The notes under the pieces: model-generated
What the model was told of the DNA's origin: nothing
Database searches by the model: none
The model's input: only the letters and a program-made list of their open reading frames with translations
Origin: a virus
Strand: one strand, 5' to 3'
Virus record (IMG/VR): IMGVR_UViG_3300045988_161245
Location: 96,001 to 160,000 of that record
Length of the DNA: 64,000 nucleotides
Position numbers and translations under genes: made by a program
In this document: positions 47,017 to 56,843 of the stretch, piece after piece
Layout of the letters: each line of letters starts with the position of its first letter
Numbering within the stretch: the first letter of the stretch is position 1

Positions 47017-47871
47017 ATGGCAAAATTACCAGTATTTTTTACTGCCTCAACAAAAGCGATTGCTGAAAAAGCAATTCAGCGAGGTATCTTAAAATATCCA
47101 GGGCTTTGCTATATAGAAGACGGAAATGTAATTGCATGGATGACTGAAGATAATGAGATCAGATATACAAAAGGTGATAAACAAATTACTGACGTAAGAT
47201 TTTCTGGATCAAATCTTCAGTTTTTTAATGAAAAGAAATTACTCTTCTCTTATGATCTATCCATGACAGACGAGGACAAGGACCATATTGTTGATGAAGT
47301 AAAACGACAAATCGGGCTTGATAGTTATATAAAATCCTCAGAGCTATCTACTATATTAGATAATATTATTGGAAATCTCGAAGATAAGCAAACTGTTGTA
47401 GATTATATTAACAGTCTGTCTTATAGAAAGCTCACAGATAAACCAATTGAATATTTGATCGGATCTCTTACAGTACCGGTCACAATTTCGACTCTTGATG
47501 ATGGAATTTATAAAATCAAGGGTCAATTTATTATTGGTGGTAATAGCACCACCGTTCACTCTTCTGCAGATGAAGTGTTCTTTTTAGTTTCACATGATGA
47601 AGATACTCACGGCACATCTATTACTCAATTCCAAGGCAATTCTATACTTCTCTACTTTATCCAACAAGATGGTGATTACGTAACGGACAAATATGTAACT
47701 GAAAAATGGGTAAATGATCAGAATTTTATGTCTGCGGATTCTGCAAAACAATTCATTCAGGAACAGCTTGAGCTGACTGTGTCAGAGCTTGTGGATAAAA
47801 AGATAGATGAAGCTTTAGATAAAAAAATCGGTGGGCTTGAATCCACTGATATTGCAAACATATTTAACTAA
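47017..47871 (+). CDS. hypothetical virion protein
   Basis: Tightly coupled to the upstream gene. Confidence 0.35.
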   Translation: MAKLPVFFTASTKAIAEKAIQRGILKYPGLCYIEDGNVIAWMTEDNEIRYTKGDKQITDVRFSGSNLQFFNEKKLLFSYDLSMTDEDKDHIVDEVKRQIGLDSYIKSSELSTILDNIIGNLEDKQTVVDYINSLSYRKLTDKPIEYLIGSLTVPVTISTLDDGIYKIKGQFIIGGNSTTVHSSADEVFFLVSHDEDTHGTSITQFQGNSILLYFIQQDGDYVTDKYVTEKWVNDQNFMSADSAKQFIQEQLELTVSELVDKKIDEALDKKIGGLESTDIANIFN

Positions 47872-47894
47872 ATTTCCAAGGAGGAACAAATATA

Positions 47895-48971
47895 ATGGCT
47901 AAATTACAATTTACGACTATTGACAATCTTCGTGAGTTTTTAACTCTTCATAATGTACAGATTGACAAAAAAATTTCCGATGCTGTAGTAAACTCCATTA
48001 AAACTGTATCCCAGTCTGAGGATGGATACACAATTTACTTTTATACTAAAACTGCACCAGTAACAATCGAAGATGCCGTATTTACACTGAGTCTTCCACA
48101 GCCACTGACAAAAATAGATAAAGTTAAGAACGCAGTAGAGGGTAATATTCCAAGTCTTAGCAAAGATGGTAATTTGGTAGATTCCGGAAAATCTGTTACA
48201 GACTTTGATGCTGCTGGTGCTGCAGATACTGCAAAAGCAGAGGTGTTAGGTGTAGTTGGTACTATTCCAGCCGATGCAACAGCTAAGAACGTAGTTGACT
48301 ACATTAAAGAAGTTGTTACTGCCGGTGCTTACGATGACAAGCAGATTAAAGCAGACATCGCAGCAAACAAAGGAGCTATTGATACCCTGAACGGAACAGG
48401 CGATGGTTCTGTAAAGAAAGCCGTTTCCGATGCTGTAGCTAAAATCGTAGCAGAGGCTCCAGAAGCTTATGATACTCTGAAAGAAATTTCTGATTGGATC
48501 ACAAATCATACATCAGATGCTGCTACAATGAACAGCCAGATTAATACAAACAAAACAGATATTGCTAATCTGAAAACTTTGATTGGTACCTTACCTGACA
48601 CAGCAACCTCTAAAGATATTGTAAGCTACATTGCTGAGTACGTATCTAAAGCTCTTGCTGATTCTGATCTCTCTCAGTATGCAACAGCTGAGGCTCTGAA
48701 AGCTTGCGTAGGTAGAGTAGATGCTATTGAGAAGAAAATTCCTACTCTTGAAGCAGCCGACACAGCTAATACAGAAGCCATTAATGGTGTTAAGACTAGA
48801 GTTGAAACCGTAGAAGGCAAAGTCAAAGCTATTGAAGATGATCTTGCAGTTGAGAAACCAAAGATTGCAAAAAATGCAACTGATATTGCAGCCTTACAAG
48901 GACTTGTTGGTGATGGTTATGAAGCTATTCCATCTGAAAAGATTCAGGCTCTTTTTAAAGTAACTGAGTAA
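47895..48971 (+). CDS. fibre-like coiled-coil protein
   Basis: SD aaggagga. The APEAYDTLKEISDWI motif is common in phage fibres. An internal repeat is present (PADATAKNVVDYIKEVV / PDTATSKDIVSYIAEYV). Confidence 0.45.
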   Translation: MAKLQFTTIDNLREFLTLHNVQIDKKISDAVVNSIKTVSQSEDGYTIYFYTKTAPVTIEDAVFTLSLPQPLTKIDKVKNAVEGNIPSLSKDGNLVDSGKSVTDFDAAGAADTAKAEVLGVVGTIPADATAKNVVDYIKEVVTAGAYDDKQIKADIAANKGAIDTLNGTGDGSVKKAVSDAVAKIVAEAPEAYDTLKEISDWITNHTSDAATMNSQINTNKTDIANLKTLIGTLPDTATSKDIVSYIAEYVSKALADSDLSQYATAEALKACVGRVDAIEKKIPTLEAADTANTEAINGVKTRVETVEGKVKAIEDDLAVEKPKIAKNATDIAALQGLVGDGYEAIPSEKIQALFKVTE

Positions 48972-48982
48972 TTATTATAAAG

Positions 48983-49006
48983 GAGGGGAATTTCCCCTCC
49001 GTTTTT
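48983..49006 (+). terminator. intrinsic terminator
   Basis: Stem ggagggg/cccctcc followed by gttttt. Confidence 0.7.
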
Positions 49007-49017
49007 GAAAGGGCATA

Positions 49018-49313
49018 ATGGACATGAAAACACAATTTCTTGATTATAGCGGATTAGGGGAGGCCGTAAATTTAATAAAAAATGTATTGCCGACCATAAA
49101 GAAATTCTTCCTTATGCTTCTTTAGGATCGTTCCCCTCACAAGGTATTATAGACGGAATCTATATAGATACAGCTACAAATTCAATTGACCGTGGTATGC
49201 CTGTTGAAGAAATAAAGGAAATATTAGGTCACGTAAAATTAGACACTACTCTCATTTATGCAAAAGTAAGTAAGGAAAATATTAAACACGATCACAGAAA
49301 ATATATAATATAA
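49018..49313 (+). pseudogene. chimeric remnant: tail-fibre N-terminus (frameshifted) fused to a tyrosine-recombinase C-terminus
   Basis: MKTQFLDYSGLGEAVNLIK..CIADHKEILPYASLGSFP..IYIDTATNSI parallels the start of 49349..52573. The sequence then switches to DRGMPVEEIKEILGHVKLDTTLIYAKV, which is the integrase LGH..TT.IY end. Confidence 0.6.
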
Positions 49314-49348
49314 AAACATAAACACTTATGAAAGGGGTGATTAAAAAT

Positions 49349-52300
49349 ATGAAAGAGCAATTTCTTAATTTATCTGGATTGACAGAGCTTGTAACATATA
49401 TAAAATTATGTATTGCACAACACAAGATGATAATCCCAAGAGCCTCTTTCAGCTTGTTTCCTAAAACTGGGGACGAAAATAATATTTACATTGATACATC
49501 AACTAATTCAATCTATAGGTGGAATGATTCCGATAAATCGTTTGTTTTATTAGCCAAACCACCACGGAATATAAGCATATCTGAGGGTAAAAATAATGGT
49601 CAAATTACATTAAAAGTGGATGAAATTGAATCAAATGCTACTGTGCATGGTTTGAAGAGTGCAGCCTTTTCTAATGCTTCTTCTTTTGCCACATCTGCGC
49701 AGGGAGCTAAGGCAGATTCAGCAATTCAATCTATTACAATCGCCCCTGGTACAAATAATGGTACGGTAAAAATAACCGTAAATGGTGTGACAACGGATAA
49801 TATTAAAGTCGCAGGTCTTGGATCTGCGGCTTTTTCAGATATAGCGGTATTTGCACCGGCAAAGCATACTCACAGTAAAAGTGATGTTGGACTTGGAAAC
49901 GTAGATAATACCGCAGATATAGATAAAAGTGTTAAGTACGCAGGATCTTCTGGAAGTTCTAATACTGTTGTTTATACTGCTCTTACCAACACAGATTTGA
50001 ATACATTACAGACTGAAGGTAAATGGTATTATGCAGGTGGAGGTAACACTTGTACAAACGTTCCTGTTGAATCTGCTGCGTTTGAATTATATGTAGGTCG
50101 TAATGCAAGTGTATGGCGTTATCAACAATTTACTGTGACGAGTGGAGAAATTTATATTCGTGTATTTGATTCTAGTAATTGGGGTAATTGGAGAAAACTT
50201 GCATTTACAAGCGATACTGTTACTGCTGCATCATCTGTTCCTTGGAGCGGTATCACAGGAAAACCAAGTACATATACACCAAGCAGTCATACACATACTG
50301 TATCACAAATAAGTGATTTTAGTACACATGTTTATGATGCTACAATTTCACGTACTGCAAATACAGTATTAGCGGCTCCAAATGGGAAAGCTGGTTCTGC
50401 TTCTTTTCGAGCATTAGTTGCTGCTGATATTCCTAGTATTACCAAAAGTAAGATCACCGACTTCCCATCCAGTCTTCCAGCATCAGACGTTTATGCATGG
50501 GCTAAAGCTTCATCCAAGCCAAGTTATTCATGGGGAGAAATTACAGGTAAACCGAGCACATATACACCATCATCCCATAATCATACAGTAATTCAAGGTA
50601 CTAGTAGCACATCTGCAGTACCAGGGAAAGCAAATGATGGATTTTGTGAATTCTATTATAATGTAAATAATGGATTGGCAAATAATATGCCATCTAGTAA
50701 TAATGCTAATGCTATAATTAGTATTAGTAGACATGCCGGTGATTATACATCTCAGTTAGGATTTAGTTCTAATGGAAATCTATATTATCGTGAAGGTGTT
50801 GGAGCAACAGCTTGGAAAACTATACTTACCTCTAGCAACTACACTTCCTACACGGTTACCAAAACTGGTGGCGGAGCTTCTGGAACCTGGGGTATTAATA
50901 TTACAGGATCTGCAGGTTCTTGTACTGGTAACGCAGCTACTGCATCCAATGCATCTAAAGTTAATGGTCATACTGTAAATTCCGATGTTCCATCTGGTGC
51001 TAAATTTACAGATACTAACACATGGAGACCACTCGGTACAACAGCAGATACAGCTTGTGCAGGTAATGATAATAGATTGTCTAATGCTCGTCCTGCTTCA
51101 GATGTTTACAGTTGGGCTAAAGCAAGCTCAAAACCTTCATATAGTTGGAGTGAAATAACCAGTAAACCCTCTACTTTCACACCGGCTTCACATACACACG
51201 CATATATACCTTTATCTGGAGGCACAATTACAGGTAGTATAATACGTAGTAGTGGAGGAAGTTGGATATCAGCTAGAAATAATGTAGCAGTTCGTGGTAC
51301 TGCAACTACTAAAGATTCATGGAATCCTGTGGTTGGTCAAGCTACACCAAATGGATATTGGACAATTGGCAACTTAGTATCAAATGATAATTTAGCATTT
51401 AGCTATACTTCTAACACAAATTATAATGCCGGAAACAATTCGGCTACAACAGTGTATTTACCAGTGCAAGAAGGAACTATCATTACTTCTGCAACAATTG
51501 GATCTCAATCTGTAAAATATGCTACAAGCGCTGGTTCTGCCGGTTCCGTAGCATGGGGAAACGTAAGTGGTAAACCATCTAGTTATACTCCATCGTCACA
51601 TACACATGATGATCGTTACTATACAGAAACAGAAATAAATACGAAGTTAGGAGCAAAACTTGGTGCAGTATCAGCAAACGGTTACTATGGTATGGCAAGA
51701 CCAGATGGTAATACATCAGACTGGATACGTACTACAACAACTGGTATTATACCATATCAGTCTGGCGGAGCCGGTGGAGGTCATTGCGGACTTGGTACAA
51801 GTTTATGGTATTTTAGTAATGCATATATTGATACGGTTAACTGCGTTAATGCTTCGGTTAGTGGTCATATAGATGCAGCCGGATATATTCAAAGTAGTAA
51901 TTTAATAAATACTTATTTTGAATATCAATCTAATAGAGGAACTATAGATTGGCGATTTGGATCTGCAACAGCAACAGGCGATGAAAATTTCTTTGGTTTT
52001 TATGATGCAAAAACTGGGAAAATTCCATTAGCACTTGATGGTAATTTTGGAAATATTTATGTTGGTTTTAATGTAGGTGGACTAAATCAAAAAACTTCTG
52101 TAGGAGTTTATCTGGGCGCACAAGTATCTGGAAACAGAGCTTTTATTTACCACGGAGATTCATACGCTGGGTCAATTTGGATTCAAACCAGACTTGATGG
52201 TTCATGGAAATGGTTTAGTCTCGGAAGAGCATGTAGTACAGCTCTTTCTGATATTCGACTAAAAGGTAATATAAGAGACACCGAAGTAGAAGATGCCACA

Positions 52301-52573
52301 AAAGTTATAGAATCAATGAAAATTCGTTCTTTTGAAAGAAAAGATTCTCATAAGAAATACAAGATTGGCTTTATAGCAGACGAACTCGAACAGCTCGACC
52401 CTAATCTTGTTGATGGAGGTGGAGAGGTTGATGGACACCCATATTATAAATCTGTCAATAATTTACAGATGCTTGCTTATGTTGTGAAAGGAATGCAAGA
52501 ATTAAATTCTAAAGTAACTATACTCGAAAAAGAAAACAAACGACTCAAACAAAAACTAAATATGTGCAACTAA
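49349..52573 (+). CDS. tail fibre with repeated His-box motifs and C-terminal S74 chaperone domain
   Basis: The motif KPS(T/S)YTPSSH(T/N)H occurs four times (a fifth copy is KPSTFTPASHTH), and SDVY(A/S)WAKASSKPSYSW occurs twice. The C-terminus is LSDIRLKGNI..IGFIADELEQLDP. Confidence 0.7.
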   Translation: MKEQFLNLSGLTELVTYIKLCIAQHKMIIPRASFSLFPKTGDENNIYIDTSTNSIYRWNDSDKSFVLLAKPPRNISISEGKNNGQITLKVDEIESNATVHGLKSAAFSNASSFATSAQGAKADSAIQSITIAPGTNNGTVKITVNGVTTDNIKVAGLGSAAFSDIAVFAPAKHTHSKSDVGLGNVDNTADIDKSVKYAGSSGSSNTVVYTALTNTDLNTLQTEGKWYYAGGGNTCTNVPVESAAFELYVGRNASVWRYQQFTVTSGEIYIRVFDSSNWGNWRKLAFTSDTVTAASSVPWSGITGKPSTYTPSSHTHTVSQISDFSTHVYDATISRTANTVLAAPNGKAGSASFRALVAADIPSITKSKITDFPSSLPASDVYAWAKASSKPSYSWGEITGKPSTYTPSSHNHTVIQGTSSTSAVPGKANDGFCEFYYNVNNGLANNMPSSNNANAIISISRHAGDYTSQLGFSSNGNLYYREGVGATAWKTILTSSNYTSYTVTKTGGGASGTWGINITGSAGSCTGNAATASNASKVNGHTVNSDVPSGAKFTDTNTWRPLGTTADTACAGNDNRLSNARPASDVYSWAKASSKPSYSWSEITSKPSTFTPASHTHAYIPLSGGTITGSIIRSSGGSWISARNNVAVRGTATTKDSWNPVVGQATPNGYWTIGNLVSNDNLAFSYTSNTNYNAGNNSATTVYLPVQEGTIITSATIGSQSVKYATSAGSAGSVAWGNVSGKPSSYTPSSHTHDDRYYTETEINTKLGAKLGAVSANGYYGMARPDGNTSDWIRTTTTGIIPYQSGGAGGGHCGLGTSLWYFSNAYIDTVNCVNASVSGHIDAAGYIQSSNLINTYFEYQSNRGTIDWRFGSATATGDENFFGFYDAKTGKIPLALDGNFGNIYVGFNVGGLNQKTSVGVYLGAQVSGNRAFIYHGDSYAGSIWIQTRLDGSWKWFSLGRACSTALSDIRLKGNIRDTEVEDATKVIESMKIRSFERKDSHKKYKIGFIADELEQLDPNLVDGGGEVDGHPYYKSVNNLQMLAYVVKGMQELNSKVTILEKENKRLKQKLNMCN

Positions 52574-52574
52574 G

Positions 52575-52607
52575 GTCGCTCTTAATTGAGTGACATTTTA
52601 TTTTTTT
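52575..52607 (+). terminator. intrinsic terminator
   Basis: Stem gtcgctc/gagtgac (one G.U pair) followed by a long T-run. Confidence 0.6.
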
Positions 52608-52635
52608 ACTCAAAATTTGAAAGGAGCAATATATT

Positions 52636-53538
52636 ATGATTATTTTAGGCAAAATTAAAGTTGATGACCAGGTACTTAAGTATTGTGAAATTTCCTATGA
52701 TCCATTTTATGTAACAGTCATGTCTGAGGACGAAAAAGCAATTGTAGATCTCTTTAATAATGCAAAATCTATTATTGTTATGGATCAGTATGGACTGGTA
52801 ATCAAGTCCGTATCCAATTATTGTGGCGTTGAATCTTCTACTATAAAATATAACTTTTATCTGGATGAAGAGAACAACATGAAACCTGTAATTACCGTTC
52901 GTCTCAAGGCTGTTGATCTCAATGAAAAAATCAAATCTATTGAAGCTGCTATGGGTGAAGATACTGTTGACGAATCAAGTATGTCTCTTGAAGAGTACAG
53001 AGCATACAAAATTAAACAGTATGGTGTAGAATGCCAGGACAAAATTTATGCAGGTACTGATGTAGAGACAAGTTATGGAACAGAGCACTTTTCTGCCACA
53101 GGTGATGATCAGGCAAATATTAAAACTTTATCTGATGTTGCCATGGCAACAAAGGTATCTCTTCCATATCATGCAGATGGCTCACAGTGCAAAGTATATA
53201 CCTATCAGGATATTATTAAAATTTACTGTGAGATTCAGAAACTCATTCTTGCAGAGACATCTTATTGTAATGCTTTGAATACATATGTAAGAGGACTTAA
53301 TACCAAAGAACAGATTGCAGCTGTTAAATATGGTCAGGAAATTACAGATCAGGCAATTAAGACTAATATGGATACCGTAATTGCACAGGGAAATGCTGTA
53401 ATGGAAGGTATTGTAAAGCAGTATCTTGAAACTGCAGTACCAGAAACTAAGACAGATGTTAAGGACACAGAAAATACTACAGATGGTACAGATAATATAG
53501 AAGATGCAGCTACAGAAAAATCATCTAAAAAGGCGTGA
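52636..53538 (+). CDS. DUF4376-like protein (fibre-associated)
   Basis: The segment ..KIYAGTDVETSYGTEHFSATGDDQANIKTL.. fits the DUF4376 pattern (from memory). Confidence 0.45.
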   Translation: MIILGKIKVDDQVLKYCEISYDPFYVTVMSEDEKAIVDLFNNAKSIIVMDQYGLVIKSVSNYCGVESSTIKYNFYLDEENNMKPVITVRLKAVDLNEKIKSIEAAMGEDTVDESSMSLEEYRAYKIKQYGVECQDKIYAGTDVETSYGTEHFSATGDDQANIKTLSDVAMATKVSLPYHADGSQCKVYTYQDIIKIYCEIQKLILAETSYCNALNTYVRGLNTKEQIAAVKYGQEITDQAIKTNMDTVIAQGNAVMEGIVKQYLETAVPETKTDVKDTENTTDGTDNIEDAATEKSSKKA

Positions 53539-53543
53539 TATAA

Positions 53544-53975
53544 ATGAATAAATTAAAGCCATGGGCTAAATATTTATTTTTGTTTTACATGGGTGGTTCT
53601 ATCTATTACTACATAGAAGTCCTGTTCAGAGGATATAGCTATTTAAGTATGTTTATTCTTGGTGGAATATGTTTCATTTATTGTGGGTTGCAAAATGAAA
53701 AAACTTCATGGGATTATCCGTTTTGGAAGCAATTAGCAAAATCTGAAGCATTTGTACTAATAGCAGAATTTTTGACAGGATGTGTTTTAAACTTATGGCT
53801 CGGTCTTGGAATTTGGGATTATAGTAATCTTCCTGGAAATATTCTCGGACAGACTTCTTGGCAGTTTGCATTACTCTTTTTGCCGGTATGTGCATTTGGA
53901 ATTATCTTGGACGATTATCTAAGGTACTGGTTCTTTAATGAAGATGAACCACATTACAATTTTAAGCTTAAATAA
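53544..53975 (+). CDS. multi-pass membrane protein (DUF1113-like), lysis-cassette associated
   Basis: Four hydrophobic spans. Lies adjacent to the endolysin region. Confidence 0.45.
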   Translation: MNKLKPWAKYLFLFYMGGSIYYYIEVLFRGYSYLSMFILGGICFIYCGLQNEKTSWDYPFWKQLAKSEAFVLIAEFLTGCVLNLWLGLGIWDYSNLPGNILGQTSWQFALLFLPVCAFGIILDDYLRYWFFNEDEPHYNFKLK

Positions 53976-53980
53976 TCAAT

Positions 53981-54010
53981 AGGGGTGGTATTATACCACC
54001 CTTTATTTTT
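53981..54010. terminator. bidirectional terminator
   Basis: Stem aggggtgg/ccaccccttt lying between convergent genes. Confidence 0.6.
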
Positions 54011-54188
54011 ATTCTTTTTTGTAATCAAGCATGTATGTAATTATTTCACCTATTGACATTTTATCAACTTGATCAGAAGTAATAAGATCATGTCCGGATT
54101 CAATTAACCCACGGATGTAATCGAATGCATGTAAATGTTGTATATATTCTCTCGCCTGAGAAATCGTAGTCATTCTCATATTTTTCAT
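54009..54188 (-). CDS. small hypothetical protein (59 aa)
   Basis: Below the ORF-track cutoff, with a weak RBS. Confidence 0.3.
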   Translation of the reverse strand: MKNMRMTTISQAREYIQHLHAFDYIRGLIESGHDLITSDQVDKMSIGEIITYMLDYKKE

Positions 54189-54215
54189 CTCAAATATTAA
54201 AATCTTAACTCCCTC

Positions 54216-54368
54216 TTAATTTTTATGTTTAAGTATAAAATTATTAATATCTGAGATACAGTCTGTATTCACTTCATCTTCTATAAAACTTTCATAATGA
54301 TCAAGTCTTAGGCAAATCAATTTAACATAATTCTTGATTTCAAATTTTTCTTTCATATCAGTTGCCAT
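54216..54368 (-). CDS. small hypothetical protein (50 aa)
   Basis: Below the ORF-track cutoff. RBS aaaaggatgg. Confidence 0.3.
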   Translation of the reverse strand: MATDMKEKFEIKNYVKLICLRLDHYESFIEDEVNTDCISDINNFILKHKN

Positions 54369-54502
54369 TTTTTTATTACCATCCTTTTCTATTTTTTTTA
54401 AATTATACCAATTTTAATTAAATATTTCACTGGAAATATATGGTAATTGATCACTTCTAAAAGTTAACTCTAAATTCAATTCTAAGAAAGGAGTCACATC
54501 TT

Positions 54503-55522
54503 ATGACAAAGACAGAAAAAGCTACTCAGTGGATGGAAGCAACAGCTCGAAACGATGCACATGGATATGATCAGACTTTTCGTTGGAACGAAAAAGGCGA
54601 TTATGACTGCTCTTCTGCTGTTTACACTGCATGGGTCAATGCAGGTATTCCTGTAAAAGATTATTCATTTAAAACTTATGGCTGTGCTTATACTGGTGTT
54701 ATGAAAGCAGTATTTACACATTTTAAATTTAAGGATGTAACCTCTAAAGTAAATCTTGCAACAGGAGCAGGTTTACAGCGTGGAGATATTTTACTTAATG
54801 AAAAACGTCATGTTGCAATGTATTGTGGTAATGGACTTGAAGTTGAAGCATCTATCAATGAAAATGGTAGAGCTACTGGAGGTAAACCTGGGGACCAGAC
54901 TGGACGTGAATTCTTAATTCGCTCTTATAGAAATTATCCATGGAATGTTGTTCTCAGATATACTGAAGCAGCTGATGGTAATCCGCCTGTAACTACAAAA
55001 AATTATCTTGCTATGGGTGATAAAGGTGATGCAGTAAAAACAATGCAGACAATGCTTATTAAACTTGGTTATTCATGTGGAAAATATGGTGCTGATGGAG
55101 ATTTTGGATCAGGATCATTAGCATCTGTAAAAGCGTTTCAGCGTGATAATGGACTTGTTGCAGACGGTCTTTATGGTGAGGCTACAAAAGCTAAACTTAC
55201 AACCTTATATAATGCTAAAATTAAAGCAGAATCGGCTCCAAAACCAAGTTCAAAGCCATCTATTGCATCATCTTCTAAAGTTGCTTCTGCACAGTCCTTT
55301 AATAAATCAATTGCTGGTACTTACAAGGTTAAAGCATCTAATGGTCTTAATCTTCGTTATAAACCAGGAGATACATCCAATTCAAATCTTATCATTACAA
55401 TCCCTAATGGAAAATCTGTTGCAAATTATGGATACTACACTACCGTCAATGGAGTCAAGTGGTATCTTGTTACATACAAAGATACACCTGGATTTGTTTC
55501 CAGTAGGTATCTTGTTAAATGA
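54503..55522 (+). CDS. endolysin: papain-like Cys/His cell-wall hydrolase (NlpC/P60 or Amidase_5-like) + PG_binding_1 + SH3b
   Basis: YDCSSAV and RHVAMY supply the catalytic Cys/His pattern. GDKGDAVKTMQTMLIKLGY..ADGDFGSGSLASVKAFQRDNGL is the PG-binding domain. The C-terminus has an SH3b-like fold pattern. Confidence 0.8.
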   Translation: MTKTEKATQWMEATARNDAHGYDQTFRWNEKGDYDCSSAVYTAWVNAGIPVKDYSFKTYGCAYTGVMKAVFTHFKFKDVTSKVNLATGAGLQRGDILLNEKRHVAMYCGNGLEVEASINENGRATGGKPGDQTGREFLIRSYRNYPWNVVLRYTEAADGNPPVTTKNYLAMGDKGDAVKTMQTMLIKLGYSCGKYGADGDFGSGSLASVKAFQRDNGLVADGLYGEATKAKLTTLYNAKIKAESAPKPSSKPSIASSSKVASAQSFNKSIAGTYKVKASNGLNLRYKPGDTSNSNLIITIPNGKSVANYGYYTTVNGVKWYLVTYKDTPGFVSSRYLVK

Positions 55523-55569
55523 TAGTACAGCACACAATGAATAAAGGGAGTGAGGATAAGGTGATTTAA

Positions 55570-56148
55570 ATGGATAAGTTTGGTGGGATTAAAGAGAATG
55601 TAGAAGTTGTACGCAGTTTTGATTGGTGGACCGTTGTAATTGGAGTTTTGATTGCAATAGGTATTGTAATGCTATGCGTAAAAATTAAAGACTTCGTTGT
55701 TTCTACATTTGGAATTACTACAAAATCTGCTTTAGCTAAACAGGCACAAGAGGAACGTATCAAAGACTTGAATAATCAAATTATAGATTTACAGAAAGAA
55801 ATTCAACAGTTTAAGGATAATAGAACCCATGATAGAGAGCAGTCATTTGATATACAGAAACAATTAACTGACAGTCAGACTTTGCTACAAAATTCTGTCG
55901 AGAATTTAAGAAAAATGTTAGTTAACAAAGAGATTAATGACATGCGTTGGGAAATTCTTGACTTTTCAAATGCCGTTATGAACGGTAGAGTATATAATAA
56001 AGAGATATATGATCATATTTTTGACACATACACAGAATATGAACGAGTATTGGAAGAAAACGGTCTTGAAAATGGTAAGGTTGATTCTTCAATGCAATTT
56101 GTTCGTAATAAATATCTTGAGCTAATGGAAAAAGGCTTTAAGCAGTAA
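55570..56148 (+). CDS. single-pass membrane protein with coiled coil
   Basis: TM segment WWTVVIGVLIAIGIVMLCV followed by a coiled coil. A holin or spanin-like role is only a guess. Confidence 0.4.
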   Translation: MDKFGGIKENVEVVRSFDWWTVVIGVLIAIGIVMLCVKIKDFVVSTFGITTKSALAKQAQEERIKDLNNQIIDLQKEIQQFKDNRTHDREQSFDIQKQLTDSQTLLQNSVENLRKMLVNKEINDMRWEILDFSNAVMNGRVYNKEIYDHIFDTYTEYERVLEENGLENGKVDSSMQFVRNKYLELMEKGFKQ

Positions 56149-56157
56149 TTATACATA

Positions 56158-56201
56158 TGGGGTAATAAGTTGTTATTATACAGCTTACTACCCCATTTTT
56201 T
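56158..56201 (+). terminator. intrinsic terminator
   Basis: 12-bp stem (11 of 12 paired) tggggtaataag/cttactacccca followed by TTTTTT. Confidence 0.65.
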
Positions 56202-56208
56202 CGCGTTT

Positions 56209-56427
56209 TTATTTACATGATATATTATATATTGGAACAAATACCTGATCATTGATTTCGAGCCGTTTTGGATAATTATTGATGAGTGCATCATATATTT
56301 GAATTGCCATTTTTTCTGTTATCACAGTATCTTTTTTGATTGGAATTTTCTGGATAAGATTTTTCATAATTATTCTGGCATTTTCATTTTCATATATATA
56401 TTCGTCTGCAGGTATTGGATTAATCAT
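56209..56427 (-). CDS. hypothetical protein (72 aa)
   Basis: SD aggaggt. Lies downstream of a strong minus-strand promoter. Confidence 0.4.
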   Translation of the reverse strand: MINPIPADEYIYENENARIIMKNLIQKIPIKKDTVITEKMAIQIYDALINNYPKRLEINDQVFVPIYNISCK

Positions 56428-56476
56428 AATATCGACCTCCTATTGTAAATAATCGAACAATTGTTTGTTAAATGTT

Positions 56477-56505
56477 ATTGTATAGAATATACGTTCGATT
56501 GTCAA
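56477..56505 (-). promoter_or_regulatory. consensus-like sigma-70 promoter
   Basis: TTGACA-N17-TACAAT on the minus strand. The 10-bp palindrome AACAATTGTT (56456-56465) lies just downstream. Confidence 0.55.
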
Positions 56506-56607
56506 GGCTTTATGTCGAATTGTTGCAATTTATTTACCATGATTTTTCTATACTTCTGCTGCTATGTATGGTATTATCATATTTGTAACTAACATTTCAA
56601 TTTTAAT

Positions 56608-56650
56608 AAGACTCCAGCACGATTTAAATTGGCCTGCGTGCTGGAGTCTT
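56608..56650. other. very stable 14-bp hairpin
   Basis: aagactccagcacg / cgtgctggagtctt with a 15-nt loop. Neither side has a clear U-run. Confidence 0.5.
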
Positions 56651-56843
56651 GTATATGTAAAATTTACTCATTCCGCAACTTGAATAGTCCTTATAATAAT
56701 CAGAACTTAAAAGTACAAATTCCATACTTTTCTCCTAATAAAGTAAAAACCTCTGATATTTGCAAAGAAGAAGATTTTTTCAAACCTAATATTGCAAAAA
56801 TGCGTGATTATCTATATAATAAATATAGAAATCCAAAAACTTC

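Noticed and set aside
39437-52573. Diversity-generating retroelement or invertible shufflon acting on the fibre genes.
   Set aside because: No reverse transcriptase, no template/variable repeat pair and no intact recombinase. Only the recombinase C-terminal scar at 49.2 kb is present.
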